Below are positions 54,723 through 64,000 of a stretch of 64,000 bases of DNA, piece after piece. Each line of letters starts with the position of its first letter. The first letter of the stretch is position 1. The notes under the pieces were generated by a model. That model was not told the origin of the DNA, did not search any database, and was given only the letters and a program-made list of their open reading frames with translations. Source of the DNA: Planctomycetota bacterium (GTDB taxonomy: Bacteria > Planctomycetota > B15-G4 > SIAN01); the NCBI GenBank assembly GCA_031409275.1, contig JANNXA010000022.1, positions 96,001 through 160,000 of the forward strand, written 5' to 3'. The position numbers were made by a program, and so were the translations under genes.

Positions 54723-55810
54723 ACGATGGCCGCTTTCACGCAGGTGATCGGCGGCAGGTTGGCGGCGACGCACTCGAACTCCTCGCCGCCGTCGCGTCCG
54801 CGCCACAACTGTCCCGTCGTCGTGCCGAACCACAGCGACGCGTTCTTGCCGTCGTCGACATCCAGCGAATCGCGCAGCACCGTGAACCACGCCTCCTTCT
54901 TGGGCAGACCGCGGCGCTTGGGCGACCAGGAGTCGCCGCCGTCGTCACTGCGCCAGACGGTCGGCTGCGCGCCAGGACAGGTGCGTGTGGCGGTTTCGAG
55001 TGGCACGACCCAGATCGTGTCGGGCGCATGCGGATGGACGGCGATCGGGAAACCGAAGTCGCTTGGCAACCCCTTGGCGATGCTCTGCCAGCTGCGGCCG
55101 CCGTCGTCGCTGCGCAGCACGCTCAGGTCCTGGCGGTCCTCGGCGCCACCGTGATTCTGCAGGTAGAGACGCTGCGGCCGGCTCGGGTGGACGGCGATCT
55201 TGTGGACGCACTGGCCGAACTCCGGGTCGCGCTTGGGCTGGAAGTGCGCGTCGATGCCGCGATTGTTCGGCTCGAAGGTCTGGCCGCGATCGCGACTGCA
55301 GTAGTGGCCGCCCGCGGAGACGGCGACGTGCATCGAATCGGCGAGCGGCAGGATGGTGTGCAGGATCAAGCCGCCGGCACCCGGGTGCCACTCCTTCGCG
55401 TGCGGATGGTCGTTCAGCGGCGCGACCGATTCGAAGCGCTTGCCGCCGTCCTCGCTGTGGAAGAGCGCGGCCGGCTCCACTCCGCACCACAGGTCGCGCT
55501 TGCCGCGACCCGCTGCGAGCGACCAGATGTTCTTCATGGTGCGACCGTCGTCGGCGGCGAAGGCCGGGACGCCGCCCGTCGGCTTGAAGCGCTTTCCAAG
55601 GTCGGTCGAGAGCTGCAGCGTGGTTCCGAACCAGGGCGACGAGGGCGCGACGTAGACGCGCGGCGCCGCACGCCGATCGATCAGCGCCGCGTTCACTCCC
55701 AGACCGGGGAAGAACGGTCCGCGCACCACCATTCGTTTGCCGCGCGCGGGCCCTTCGAGCATGAAGGTGCCTTTGCGCGTTCCAACGACCACCAGTGCTT
55801 TCTCGGCCAT
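54719..55810 (-). CDS. BNR/Asp-box beta-propeller protein
   Basis: GGAGG RBS; VGTRKG; repeated S.D.G..[WF]; WHPGAGG, GQCVHK, LYLQNHGG, LPSDFGF. Confidence 0.9.
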   Translation of the reverse strand: MAEKALVVVGTRKGTFMLEGPARGKRMVVRGPFFPGLGVNAALIDRRAAPRVYVAPSSPWFGTTLQLSTDLGKRFKPTGGVPAFAADDGRTMKNIWSLAAGRGKRDLWCGVEPAALFHSEDGGKRFESVAPLNDHPHAKEWHPGAGGLILHTILPLADSMHVAVSAGGHYCSRDRGQTFEPNNRGIDAHFQPKRDPEFGQCVHKIAVHPSRPQRLYLQNHGGAEDRQDLSVLRSDDGGRSWQSIAKGLPSDFGFPIAVHPHAPDTIWVVPLETATRTCPGAQPTVWRSDDGGDSWSPKRRGLPKKEAWFTVLRDSLDVDDGKNASLWFGTTTGQLWRGRDGGEEFECVAANLPPITCVKAAIV

Positions 55811-55814
55811 GGCT

Positions 55815-56102
55815 TCAACCTCCGGAGACCGCTGGAAGGATGGTGACCCGATCGCCGGCACGCAACCGCGCCGCGGGGCTGGCGCGCGGCCGGACGAGTT
55901 CGTCGTTCAAGAAGAGCGACAGGTGCGGTCGCAACGCCCCCTGCTCGTCGCACACCATCCGGTACGCCTCGGGCCAGCGCTGCGCGAACGCCGCGAGCAG
56001 AGCGGTCACGTCCGCGGCGACGAGCGCGACGCTGGTGGCACCGCCGCAAGCGGCGCGCACCGCGGCCGGCAGAAGGAGTTCGACTTCGAAGGGCGGCGCC
56101 AT
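55815..56102 (-). CDS. MoaD/ThiS ubiquitin-like protein
   Basis: 95 aa; DEQGALRPH..FLN; C-terminal ILPAVSGG. Confidence 0.92.
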   Translation of the reverse strand: MAPPFEVELLLPAAVRAACGGATSVALVAADVTALLAAFAQRWPEAYRMVCDEQGALRPHLSLFLNDELVRPRASPAARLRAGDRVTILPAVSGG

Positions 56103-56124
56103 CGTCGACGAGGCTCCGGTGCGA

Positions 56125-57432
56125 TCAAGTGCCAGGCGGGATGCGTTCGGGCGGCAGGAGCAGCCGCCCCTCGCTGCGCGCGATCACCAGCGCGCCGACC
56201 AGATCGCCGGTGACGTTGGGAACAGTGCGCGCCATGTCGACCAGCCGATCGACTCCGAGCACCAGCGCCAGCAGCGACGGGTCGATGCCGACCTGCTGCA
56301 GCACGGTGACGATCAGCGGCAACGATCCACCTGGTACTCCCGCCGCGCCCACCGCCGTCAGCACCGACAGGAGCACGACGAGGAGCTGAGTGGAGAGCGG
56401 CAGGTCGAGCCCCGCGACCTGCGCGAGGAAGAGCACGACCACTCCTTCGAAGAGCGCGGTGCCGTTCATGTTGAGCGTCGCGCCGAGCGGGATCACGAAG
56501 CCGGCGATGTCGCGCGGAACGCCGAACTCGTGCTCGGCGGTGGCCAGTGTCGTGGGCAGCGTCGCGTTCGATGAGGAGGTGGAGAACGCCGTCGCCATCA
56601 ATCCGCGCGCGCGCCGGAAGAGGACGCCGGGTGGCACCTTGGCGAAGAGCCAGCACAGCCCGCCCAGCACGACGAACTGCTGGATCGCGAGGCCGCCCAA
56701 CGCCACTGCGAGGTAGGCGGCGAGCGAATGGAGGATCGAGGCGCCAAAGAGCGCCGACTTCTCGAAGACGAGGCCGGCCACGCCAAACGGCGCCAGCTCC
56801 ATCGCCCAGCCGATGATCTTGGTCGACGCGGCCGCGACGGCGTCGAGCACCTGCAGCAGCGGCCGCTTCTGCGCCTCGGGCAGGGTCCCGGCCGCGAGCC
56901 CGAAGAGGAGCGCGAAGAAGATCAGCCCGAGCATGTCGCCGTCGGCGGCCGCCTTGACCGGATTCTTCGGCACGATCGCCAGCAGCATGTCGACCGAGAA
57001 GCCGCCGCTGCCCTGCGCCAGCGCGATCTTCTTCTCCGCCTCGGCGCGCGATGCCGCGACCAGTTCGTCGCGCATCGCCGGCGCCACCGTGTCGCCGGGC
57101 CGGAACAGGTCGACGAGGCCGATGCCAAGCATCGCCGCGAACGCCGTGGTCAGCAGGAACCAACAGATCGTCTTGAAACCGATGCGGCCGACCTTCGAGC
57201 CACCGCCGAGCCCCGCGACCCCGAGCGCCAGCGACGTGAAGACGATCGGCACGACGATCATGAAGAGCAGGCGCATGAACAGCTCGCCGAACTTCGCGGC
57301 GACGTGCGTCGCGAACCAGCGCAGCCGCTCGTGGTCGTGGCCCCAGATCGCGTTGCAGGCGATTCCGGCGCCCACCCCGATGACGAGGCCGAGGAAGATC
57401 CGAGTCGCGCCGCCTTTTCGGGCGCCGCTCAC
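56125..57432 (-). CDS. Dicarboxylate/amino acid:cation symporter (GltP/DctA family)
   Basis: AFSTSSSNATLP, PLGATLNMNGTAL, GVDRLVDMARTVPNVTGD. GTGA overlap. Confidence 0.95.
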   Translation of the reverse strand: MSGARKGGATRIFLGLVIGVGAGIACNAIWGHDHERLRWFATHVAAKFGELFMRLLFMIVVPIVFTSLALGVAGLGGGSKVGRIGFKTICWFLLTTAFAAMLGIGLVDLFRPGDTVAPAMRDELVAASRAEAEKKIALAQGSGGFSVDMLLAIVPKNPVKAAADGDMLGLIFFALLFGLAAGTLPEAQKRPLLQVLDAVAAASTKIIGWAMELAPFGVAGLVFEKSALFGASILHSLAAYLAVALGGLAIQQFVVLGGLCWLFAKVPPGVLFRRARGLMATAFSTSSSNATLPTTLATAEHEFGVPRDIAGFVIPLGATLNMNGTALFEGVVVLFLAQVAGLDLPLSTQLLVVLLSVLTAVGAAGVPGGSLPLIVTVLQQVGIDPSLLALVLGVDRLVDMARTVPNVTGDLVGALVIARSEGRLLLPPERIPPGT

Positions 57433-58865
57433 CGTCCTGCTCCACGGTCGTCGTTCAGCTGCGGGAAGAGGCTCGGCTCCTCCATGACCCGCTCGACGGC
57501 GTCGATCTCCTTGGGCAGCGCCGCGGTCATCACGATGCATCCCTCTTCAGTGACCACGACGTCATCTTCGATGCGCACGCCGATCGAGTGGAAGCGCGCC
57601 TCCACGTTCGGCGACCCCGGCGCGATGTAGCAGCCCGGCTCGATCGTGAGCACCATGCCCGCCGCAAGGCGCACCTCGCCGCGTCCATCCTCGGCGCGAT
57701 AGGGGCAGTCGTCATGGACATCGAGACCGAGCCAGTGGCTGACGCCATGCGGCAGCAGGGCGAGCCCATGGTCGCGCTCCTTCACCACTCCGCTCTGCAC
57801 GAGCGCATCGCCGAGCGCGCGGCGCGCGGCTTGATCGATCGCGCGCAGCGTGGCACCCGGCTTCACTGCCGCGATCGCGGCCTTCTGCGAGTCGAGCACC
57901 GCCTGGTAGACGAGGCGCTGCTCGCGGCTGAAGCGGCCATCCGAGGGCAGCGTGCGCGTCACGTCCGCCGTGTACATGCCGAACTCGGCGCCGACGTCGA
58001 TGACGATCGTGGCGCGCGGCGGGACCCGCTCGCGGTTGCTGTCGTAGTGCAGGATGCACGAGTTGGCGCCGCTGCCGACGATGCTCGAGTAGCCGAGCCG
58101 GCGCGAGCCGAGCAGCGTGTGCGTCGCCTCGATCACCGCCTGCAATTCGTACTCGTAGATCCCCGGCTCGGCATGGCGCATCGCGTTCAGTTGCGCCGCC
58201 GTCGTGATGTCGATGGCGCGTTGCAGGAGGGCGAGTTCGGCGGGCGACTTGATCAGCCGCAGCCGACCGATCGCCTGGCGCAGTTCGCTGCGATCGACGG
58301 AGAGGCCGGCCGGCACCGCGGCGTCGAGCAGCGCGGAATGCTTGGGATCGCCCGATTCGGCGCTGAAGATGCGCTTGGTCGTGGCGAGTTCGCTCTTGAG
58401 CGCCGCCGCGAGCGTGGCGTTCGAACGCGCCTCGTCCGCGAGCGGAGCGGCGCCCTCGACGCCGAGTCGCTTGCCGTCCCACATCTCCGAACCGGGATCG
58501 CGTGGCGGCACGAACAGGGTCGCGTGCGGCTGCCCTTCGCGGGTGGTGAGCAGCAACGCGGCGCCCGGCTCGCCGAATCCGGTGAGGTACCAGAAGTCGC
58601 TCGCGGGCCGATACGGGTGATCGACGTCGTTGTTGCGCGCTTCGACCGGTGCGGTGAAGAGGACCACGACCGCGTCGTCGCCGAGTCGCTCGAGCAGGGC
58701 GGCGCGGCGAGCCGCGAATTGATCGGGCTCGAGCTCCTCGACTCGCGCGGCCCGGATCGCCTCGCCGCGAACGGCGCTCGCCGCCGGGAACGGCGCCGGC
58801 GCGAGCGCCAGCCAACCGGTCACGCAGAGCTCGATCGGCGTGGACCACGTGCTCATGAAGTTCAT
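57429..58865 (-). CDS. pepP: Xaa-Pro aminopeptidase (M24B)
   Basis: SDFWYLTG, RLIKS, LHY, IDVGAE..YTADVTRT, HGVSHWLGLDVHD, TIEPG, GVRIEDD. Confidence 0.93.
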   Translation of the reverse strand: MNFMSTWSTPIELCVTGWLALAPAPFPAASAVRGEAIRAARVEELEPDQFAARRAALLERLGDDAVVVLFTAPVEARNNDVDHPYRPASDFWYLTGFGEPGAALLLTTREGQPHATLFVPPRDPGSEMWDGKRLGVEGAAPLADEARSNATLAAALKSELATTKRIFSAESGDPKHSALLDAAVPAGLSVDRSELRQAIGRLRLIKSPAELALLQRAIDITTAAQLNAMRHAEPGIYEYELQAVIEATHTLLGSRRLGYSSIVGSGANSCILHYDSNRERVPPRATIVIDVGAEFGMYTADVTRTLPSDGRFSREQRLVYQAVLDSQKAAIAAVKPGATLRAIDQAARRALGDALVQSGVVKERDHGLALLPHGVSHWLGLDVHDDCPYRAEDGRGEVRLAAGMVLTIEPGCYIAPGSPNVEARFHSIGVRIEDDVVVTEEGCIVMTAALPKEIDAVERVMEEPSLFPQLNDDRGAGR

Positions 58866-60316
58866 GAAGGAACTCCTGCCGTCGAGCGCAGCAGCGCGGC
58901 GCACTCCTCGCGCAACTGCTCGACCGCTTCGTCGACTCGCTCGACATGGGTCCGGAACGAAAGCACGCAGAGGCGCAGCGCGAAACGGCCGCGCAGCAGC
59001 GTGCCCGACAGGAAGACGCGCTGCCGCGCATTGACTCGTCGAAGCAGTTCACGCGAGAGTTCGTCCCCGGCGGCACCGGCCCGCGCGACGCGGAATGCGA
59101 AGAGGGAAAGGTCGCACCCGCTCGCGAGCTCGAGGCCGGGGATGGTCGCGATCGCGGCGGCCGCGCGCTCCGCGAGTTCGAGCTTCTCCGTGAGCGCGGC
59201 ACGGAACGCGGCGGCGCCGAACGTCTTGAGCGACAGCCAGACGCGCAGGCCGCGGAAGTCGCGCGACAGCTCCGGCGAGGCATCGGTGAAATCCTGCAGC
59301 GCGTCGCCCTGCGCGGTCGGCGGCAGGTAGGCGCTCGCTTGCGCAAAGGGGCGGCGCAGGTCGGCGCCATCGCGGATCAGCACGGCACCCGTTCCGTACG
59401 GCAGGAAGAGTCCCTTGTGGGGATCGATGGTCAGCGAGTCGGCCCGCTCGATGCCGACGAGGCGCGCGCGACCGCGCTCGCACAGCTGGAAGCAGCCGCC
59501 GTACGCGCCGTCGACGTGGAACCAGAGCCGTTCGCGCGCGGCGAGTTCCGCCAACGCCGGCAGCGGATCGACGGCGCCGGTGTGGACCGTGCCCGCGCTC
59601 GCGATCACGATCGCCGGCAACAGGCCCGCCGCCCGATCGGAAGCGATGGCGCGCGCCACGGTGTCGGGGTCGAGGCGACCGTGCTCGTCCGCCGGCAACT
59701 CGCGCAGGTTCGCGTGGCGAAAGCCGACGACGTGCGCCGCTTTGTGGATCGAGTGGTGGGTCTGATCGGAGGTGTAGATCGTGGCGCGCGCGAGCCCCTC
59801 TTCGCCGACCGACTTGTCGCGCGCCGCGGCCAGCGCCACGAGGTTCGCCATCGAGCCGCCCGAGGTGAAGACGGCGCGCGCCGCCGGCGGGAAGCGGAAC
59901 TCGTCGAGCAGCCAACGCAACGTCTGCACTTCGAGCGCCACCAGCAGCGGCGCTGCGGCGGCGATTCCGACGAAGCGATTGGTGAGGCCGGCGACGAGGT
60001 CCGCGAGCGGCGCCGTCGGCAGCCCGCCGCCCGGAATGAACGCCAGGTAGCCGGGCCCCGCCGTCGTGAACGACTTCGGCACCCAGTCGCGGATCAGCCG
60101 CTCGAGCAGCGCGCGCGGGTCGCTCCCCGCTTCGGGAATCGGCTCGGCAATCTCCGCCAGCTCGGCGGCGGTGGGTGCCGGCCCGTGAGCCGGTTGCGTC
60201 GGCAGCTCGGCGACGTGGGTCAGCGCGAGGTCGACGGCCGCATGGAACCAAGCCGCGACCAGCTCGTGCGGCGGTTCGAGCGGCGACAGGGAACTGGCGG
60301 CGCGCGCGGCAGTCAT
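58862..60316 (-). CDS. PLP-dependent group II amino-acid decarboxylase
   Basis: YLAFIPGGG, FTSGGSMAN, QTHHS, AGTVHTGAVD, HVDGAYGG, DSLTIDPHK. True start 60316; the track ORF is extended by an antisense shadow. Confidence 0.93.
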   Translation of the reverse strand: MTAARAASSLSPLEPPHELVAAWFHAAVDLALTHVAELPTQPAHGPAPTAAELAEIAEPIPEAGSDPRALLERLIRDWVPKSFTTAGPGYLAFIPGGGLPTAPLADLVAGLTNRFVGIAAAAPLLVALEVQTLRWLLDEFRFPPAARAVFTSGGSMANLVALAAARDKSVGEEGLARATIYTSDQTHHSIHKAAHVVGFRHANLRELPADEHGRLDPDTVARAIASDRAAGLLPAIVIASAGTVHTGAVDPLPALAELAARERLWFHVDGAYGGCFQLCERGRARLVGIERADSLTIDPHKGLFLPYGTGAVLIRDGADLRRPFAQASAYLPPTAQGDALQDFTDASPELSRDFRGLRVWLSLKTFGAAAFRAALTEKLELAERAAAAIATIPGLELASGCDLSLFAFRVARAGAAGDELSRELLRRVNARQRVFLSGTLLRGRFALRLCVLSFRTHVERVDEAVEQLREECAALLRSTAGVPS

Positions 60317-60406
60317 CGCGGCAGCGTAGCCGCGTCGAAGCCCTTTGCTACCGTGCCGCGCCGACTGCGATTCGATGCGCGGCGCGGTGCCGATGCGTGA
60401 CCGTGC

Positions 60407-62662
60407 GTGACGATGATGAGGAGCGATCCGATGCGAAGCGTGCGCCGCGATTCCCCTGCCAGCGTCGCCTGGGCGGCGTGGGCGGCGTTGCTCCCGCTCC
60501 CGTTGCAGTCGAAGCCGCCGCTCACGATCGAGCAGACGATGGGCGCGGGCCGCGTCTCGTTCACCGCGACGCCGCCCTCGGTCACCTTCGCTCGCGATGG
60601 CCTCTCCCTCGAACGGCAGAAGGACGGCAAGGCGATCTGGGTCGATCCGCGCACGCACGCGGAACGGGAACCGGAGCCGGCCGATGCGACCACGCTCGCC
60701 GCGGCGTCGACGCGCGAGGCGGCGCTGTTGGCCGCGCTCTCGGCGCTGCCGGGCTTCGATGAGGCGGCAGCGAAACGGCTGGCCACGAGCCGCCGCGGCA
60801 GCAGCGCGGACGGACAGTCGCTGCTGCTCGCCGGCGAGAACGACCTCTTCTTCTTTCGATTCGGTGGCGAGCGCGCGCTCCGATTGACCGATGGTCCCGA
60901 AGCGGAAGAGAACTCGCGCTTGTCGCCGGATGGCCGCTTCGTCTCGTTCGTGCGCGGCAACGACCTGTTCGCCGTCGAGACCGATGGCGCACGTGAGCGT
61001 CGCATCACCAAGGACGGCAGCGCGGAGAAGCTGAACGGCAAGCTCGACTGGGTCTATCAGGAGGAGATCTACGGCCGCGGCAACTTCCAGGCGACCTGGT
61101 GGAGCCCCGACAGCCGGCACGTCGCATTCCTCGCGCTCGATCAGAGCGGCGTCCCCCACCACCCGATCGTCGACCACGTTCCCAACCGCGCCGAGCTCGA
61201 GGACACGCGCTACCCGAAGGCGGGTGACCCCAATCCGACGGTTGCACTGGGTGTGGCGCGCGCGCGCGACGCGAAAGTCGTCTGGATCGACCTCGCGAAG
61301 TACGCGAAGGATGAAGCGCTGGTCGTGCGCGTCGGTTGGAGCCCGGACGGCAAACGGCTGATCTACCAGGTGCAGGATCGCGAGCAGCGCTGGCTCGAAC
61401 TGCTGGCCGCCGATCCCGACAGCGGTCAGCCGACGCTGCTTGTGCGCGAAGAGTCCGCCTCCTTCGTCAACGTTCTGGAAGAGCCGCAGTGGCTGGCCGA
61501 TGGCAGCTTCCTCTGGCAATCCGAGCGGACCGGTTTCCGCCACGTCTACCGCTACGCGGCGGATGGCAAGCTGCTCGGCGCGATCACGCGCGGCGATTGG
61601 GAAGTGCGAAGCGTGACCGCGGTCGACGAAGGCAAGCAGCTGCTCTGGTTCACCGCGAGCAAGGATTCCTCGATCGGCTCGAACCTCTATCGCTGCGGAT
61701 TCGATGGCAGCGGTCTGATCCGGCTCACCGATGGCGGCGGCAGCCACAGCGTGGAGTGGAACGCCGACAAGAGCCTGTTCCTCGATCGCGTGTCGGGCCT
61801 CAACTTCCCGCCGGAAGTGCGCCTCTGCGATGGCGCGAGCGGCAAGGTGCTCGAGGTGGTCGCGCGCGCCGAAGTGAAGGCGCTCGCCGACTTCGACTAC
61901 TCGGTGCCGGAACTGCTCAAGATCCCGACGGCCGACGGCTTCGTGATGGATGCGACGCTCGTGAAGCCGATCCCATTCGATCCGGCGAAGAAGTACCCGG
62001 TCTGGCTGCCGACCTATTCGGGTCCCGATGCGCCGTCGGTGTTCGATCGCTGGAACGGCGACCCGTGGCCGCAGTTCCTGGCGCAGCAGGGGTACGTCGT
62101 CCTGCAGGTGAACAACCGGACCTCGAGCCAGCGTGGGCACGTTCATCTGGAGAAGTGCTGGCAGCAGCTCGGTGTCCTGGAGCTCCAGGATCTGGAGGAG
62201 GCGTTGCGCTGGCTCGGAGCGAACCGGCCGTGGCTCGACACGACCCGCGTCGGGATCACCGGATGGAGCTACGGCGGCTTCATGACCGCCTACGCGCTCA
62301 CTCACAGCAAGGCGTTCAAGCTCGGAGTCGCGGGTGCGGGCGTCTACGACTGGCGCCTCTACGATTCGATCTACACCGAGCGCTACATGCGGACGCCGCA
62401 GAACAACGCGGAGGGTTATGCGCGCACTTCGTGCATCGAGGCGGCGAAAGAGCTGTCCGGCTACCTCGTCCTCGCGCATGGAACCATGGACGACAACGTG
62501 CACGTCCAGAACACCGTGCAGCTGGCCGGGGCGCTCCAGAAGGCCGGAATCGACCGCTTCGAAGTGATGGTCTATCCGCGTTCCCGCCACGGGCTCGGCA
62601 GCGTCGAGCAGAACAGCCACTACCGAAGGCTGACGTGGAAGGCGATCCGCGAACGGCTCTAA
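60407..62662 (+). CDS. Dipeptidyl-peptidase IV (S9B)
   Basis: DWVYQEE, YPKAG, GWSYGG, DDNVH, RHG. Start uncertain (60407-60431). Confidence 0.95.
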   Translation: MTMMRSDPMRSVRRDSPASVAWAAWAALLPLPLQSKPPLTIEQTMGAGRVSFTATPPSVTFARDGLSLERQKDGKAIWVDPRTHAEREPEPADATTLAAASTREAALLAALSALPGFDEAAAKRLATSRRGSSADGQSLLLAGENDLFFFRFGGERALRLTDGPEAEENSRLSPDGRFVSFVRGNDLFAVETDGARERRITKDGSAEKLNGKLDWVYQEEIYGRGNFQATWWSPDSRHVAFLALDQSGVPHHPIVDHVPNRAELEDTRYPKAGDPNPTVALGVARARDAKVVWIDLAKYAKDEALVVRVGWSPDGKRLIYQVQDREQRWLELLAADPDSGQPTLLVREESASFVNVLEEPQWLADGSFLWQSERTGFRHVYRYAADGKLLGAITRGDWEVRSVTAVDEGKQLLWFTASKDSSIGSNLYRCGFDGSGLIRLTDGGGSHSVEWNADKSLFLDRVSGLNFPPEVRLCDGASGKVLEVVARAEVKALADFDYSVPELLKIPTADGFVMDATLVKPIPFDPAKKYPVWLPTYSGPDAPSVFDRWNGDPWPQFLAQQGYVVLQVNNRTSSQRGHVHLEKCWQQLGVLELQDLEEALRWLGANRPWLDTTRVGITGWSYGGFMTAYALTHSKAFKLGVAGAGVYDWRLYDSIYTERYMRTPQNNAEGYARTSCIEAAKELSGYLVLAHGTMDDNVHVQNTVQLAGALQKAGIDRFEVMVYPRSRHGLGSVEQNSHYRRLTWKAIRERL

Positions 62663-62694
62663 CACCCATCGCGACGTCCGAAAGCTCGCGCGGC

Positions 62695-63555
62695 TCAGGG
62701 AGACGCGCAGCGCACTCGGACACAGCCGTTGTGGGTCGAAAGGGTGATCGTGCCGGCGGCCGGATCGGGGAAGCGCAGCTCGAAGTCGTCGCCGTTGATC
62801 AAGACCGTGGGCCCGCCGCTGCCGCGCCAGTCGAGGCCGCCGAATTCGCCGTCGCCTTGGATCGTCCCGCGCATGCCGCTTTGAAGGTCGAGCTCGAGGT
62901 CGCCGTGGTGCGACGTCAGCGTCGCGTCGATGGCCGTCGCGCTCGTGCGGAGGCGGACGTCGCCGTGATGGGACGACAAGGCCACTTGCGAGCCGCTCGT
63001 GGCGCAAGCGACCGTGCCGTGATGCGAACTCGCCGCGACGCATCCACGCAGGTCGAGCAGGTCGACGTCGCCGTGGTGGCTCGAGGCGGCGACCGGACCC
63101 GCGAGGCCCGTCACCGAGACGTCGCCGTCGTGCGACGCGAGCGTGACTCCGAAGCGCGCGGGAAGCGTGATCTGGAACGAGACGGTCGCTTCCCAGCGAT
63201 CGGGCGCCTCCTGCAGCCACTCCGCTTGCAAGGTCAGCGTGCGGCCCTCGCCGCGGTGCGCGACCCGAAGTGCGGCGAGCGCGGTGTCGGCGTCGCTCGG
63301 GTCGCGTCCGCCGGCTTGCTTGTGGGCAACGATCGTCACCGAGTCGACGCCCGCCGCCGCCGATTCGACGTGGATCGAGCCGCGATGAGTGGTCACCGCC
63401 AGCGCATCGAAGTCGGCAGCTGCAACGACGATCGTCTCATCGGCAGAGGCGAAGCAGCTCGGATCGCGCCAGTGGCCCAGATGGATCGCACAACCGCCCG
63501 CAAGCAGAAGCGCGGCGGCGGCGGGCAACGTGGCGATGACGGTCGAAAGGCGCAT
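62695..63555 (-). CDS. DUF4097-like beta-strand-repeat lipoprotein
   Basis: GGAG upstream; lipobox-like LAGGC; repeats [ST]H[HDRN]G.[VIL]. Confidence 0.85.
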   Translation of the reverse strand: MRLSTVIATLPAAAALLLAGGCAIHLGHWRDPSCFASADETIVVAAADFDALAVTTHRGSIHVESAAAGVDSVTIVAHKQAGGRDPSDADTALAALRVAHRGEGRTLTLQAEWLQEAPDRWEATVSFQITLPARFGVTLASHDGDVSVTGLAGPVAASSHHGDVDLLDLRGCVAASSHHGTVACATSGSQVALSSHHGDVRLRTSATAIDATLTSHHGDLELDLQSGMRGTIQGDGEFGGLDWRGSGGPTVLINGDDFELRFPDPAAGTITLSTHNGCVRVRCASP

Positions 63556-63634
63556 CGAAGGTCTCCAACTTGCCCGGGAGGAGCCGCCATACTCCGCGAG
63601 GGTTGCAATCGCCCTGCCCACTGTTGGAGTCGTC

Positions 63635-64000
63635 ATGGTCCCGCCCGAACTTCCGCCCGCTGCGCCGCGCCCCTGGCCCCTGCTCCGCACGACGGCCGGT
63701 CCCAGCCTGAAGCTGTTCCAGATCCTGCATGAACGGCGCGAGAACCCGCGCAACGGCCACGCGATCGATGCGGTGGTGCTCGAGTCGGCCGACTGGGTCA
63801 ACGTCGTCCCGATCACCCCCGCCGGCGAGATCGTCTTCGTCCGCCAGTACCGCTTCGGCATCCGGGCGAACACCCTCGAGATCCCGGGCGGGCTGATCAG
63901 TCGCGGCGAGGCGCCGCTGCTCGCCGCCACGCGCGAGCTGCGCGAAGAGACGGGAATGGTGGCGCAGCGCATCACCTCGCTCGGCGCCGTCGAACCCAAC
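63635..64000 (+). CDS. NUDIX hydrolase (ADP-ribose pyrophosphatase-like), truncated at window edge
   Basis: GGAG upstream; ADWVNVV...VRQYRFG..LEIPGG..GEAPLLAATRELREETG. Confidence 0.9.
   Translation, partial: MVPPELPPAAPRPWPLLRTTAGPSLKLFQILHERRENPRNGHAIDAVVLESADWVNVVPITPAGEIVFVRQYRFGIRANTLEIPGGLISRGEAPLLAATRELREETGMVAQRITSLGAVEPN

Noticed and set aside
60317..63220. N-terminal ~970 aa of the 1452-aa ORF 58862..63220
   Set aside because: Antisense to DPP-IV. The decarboxylase starts at 60316, so this is not a real fusion.
1..64000. tRNA/rRNA genes
   Set aside because: No T-loop or cloverleaf patterns or rRNA-like tracts seen by eye in intergenic gaps. tRNAscan/Infernal would confirm.

Overview
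High-GC (about 70%) bacterial chromosomal window with about 50 tightly packed genes. The gene content suggests a planctomycete; this is an inference from exported HEAT/TPR proteins, carboxypeptidase-regulatory-like repeat proteins and a kinase-FGE fusion. Housekeeping and metabolic genes include ino1, dxr-rseP, miaA, pcnB, fdhD, fbaB, a trmJ-like gene, a moxR-DUF58-transglutaminase module, and M16/M1/M24/S9 peptidases. I saw no rRNA, tRNA, CRISPR array, transposase or integrase. Main points of interest: (1) a coiled-coil gene paired with an actin-superfamily ATPase that resembles haloarchaeal volactin rather than MreB/FtsA (1260-3206); (2) a translationally coupled four-gene cassette of divergent ECF-sigma-like protein, TPR protein, an unannotated 76-aa secreted peptide and a large surface protein, behind an AT-rich leader (3279-8290); (3) a small Sm/Hfq-like gene absent as a separate call from the ORF track (9797-10138); (4) many apparent pseudoenzymes (kinase, transglutaminase, esterase, thioredoxin, NucS-like nuclease, amidohydrolase); (5) a MoaD-like/BNR-propeller/DNA-glycosylase trio; (6) a tandem TGACCC-N3-GGGTC palindrome between convergent genes. 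All family calls come from reading motifs by eye; no searches were run.
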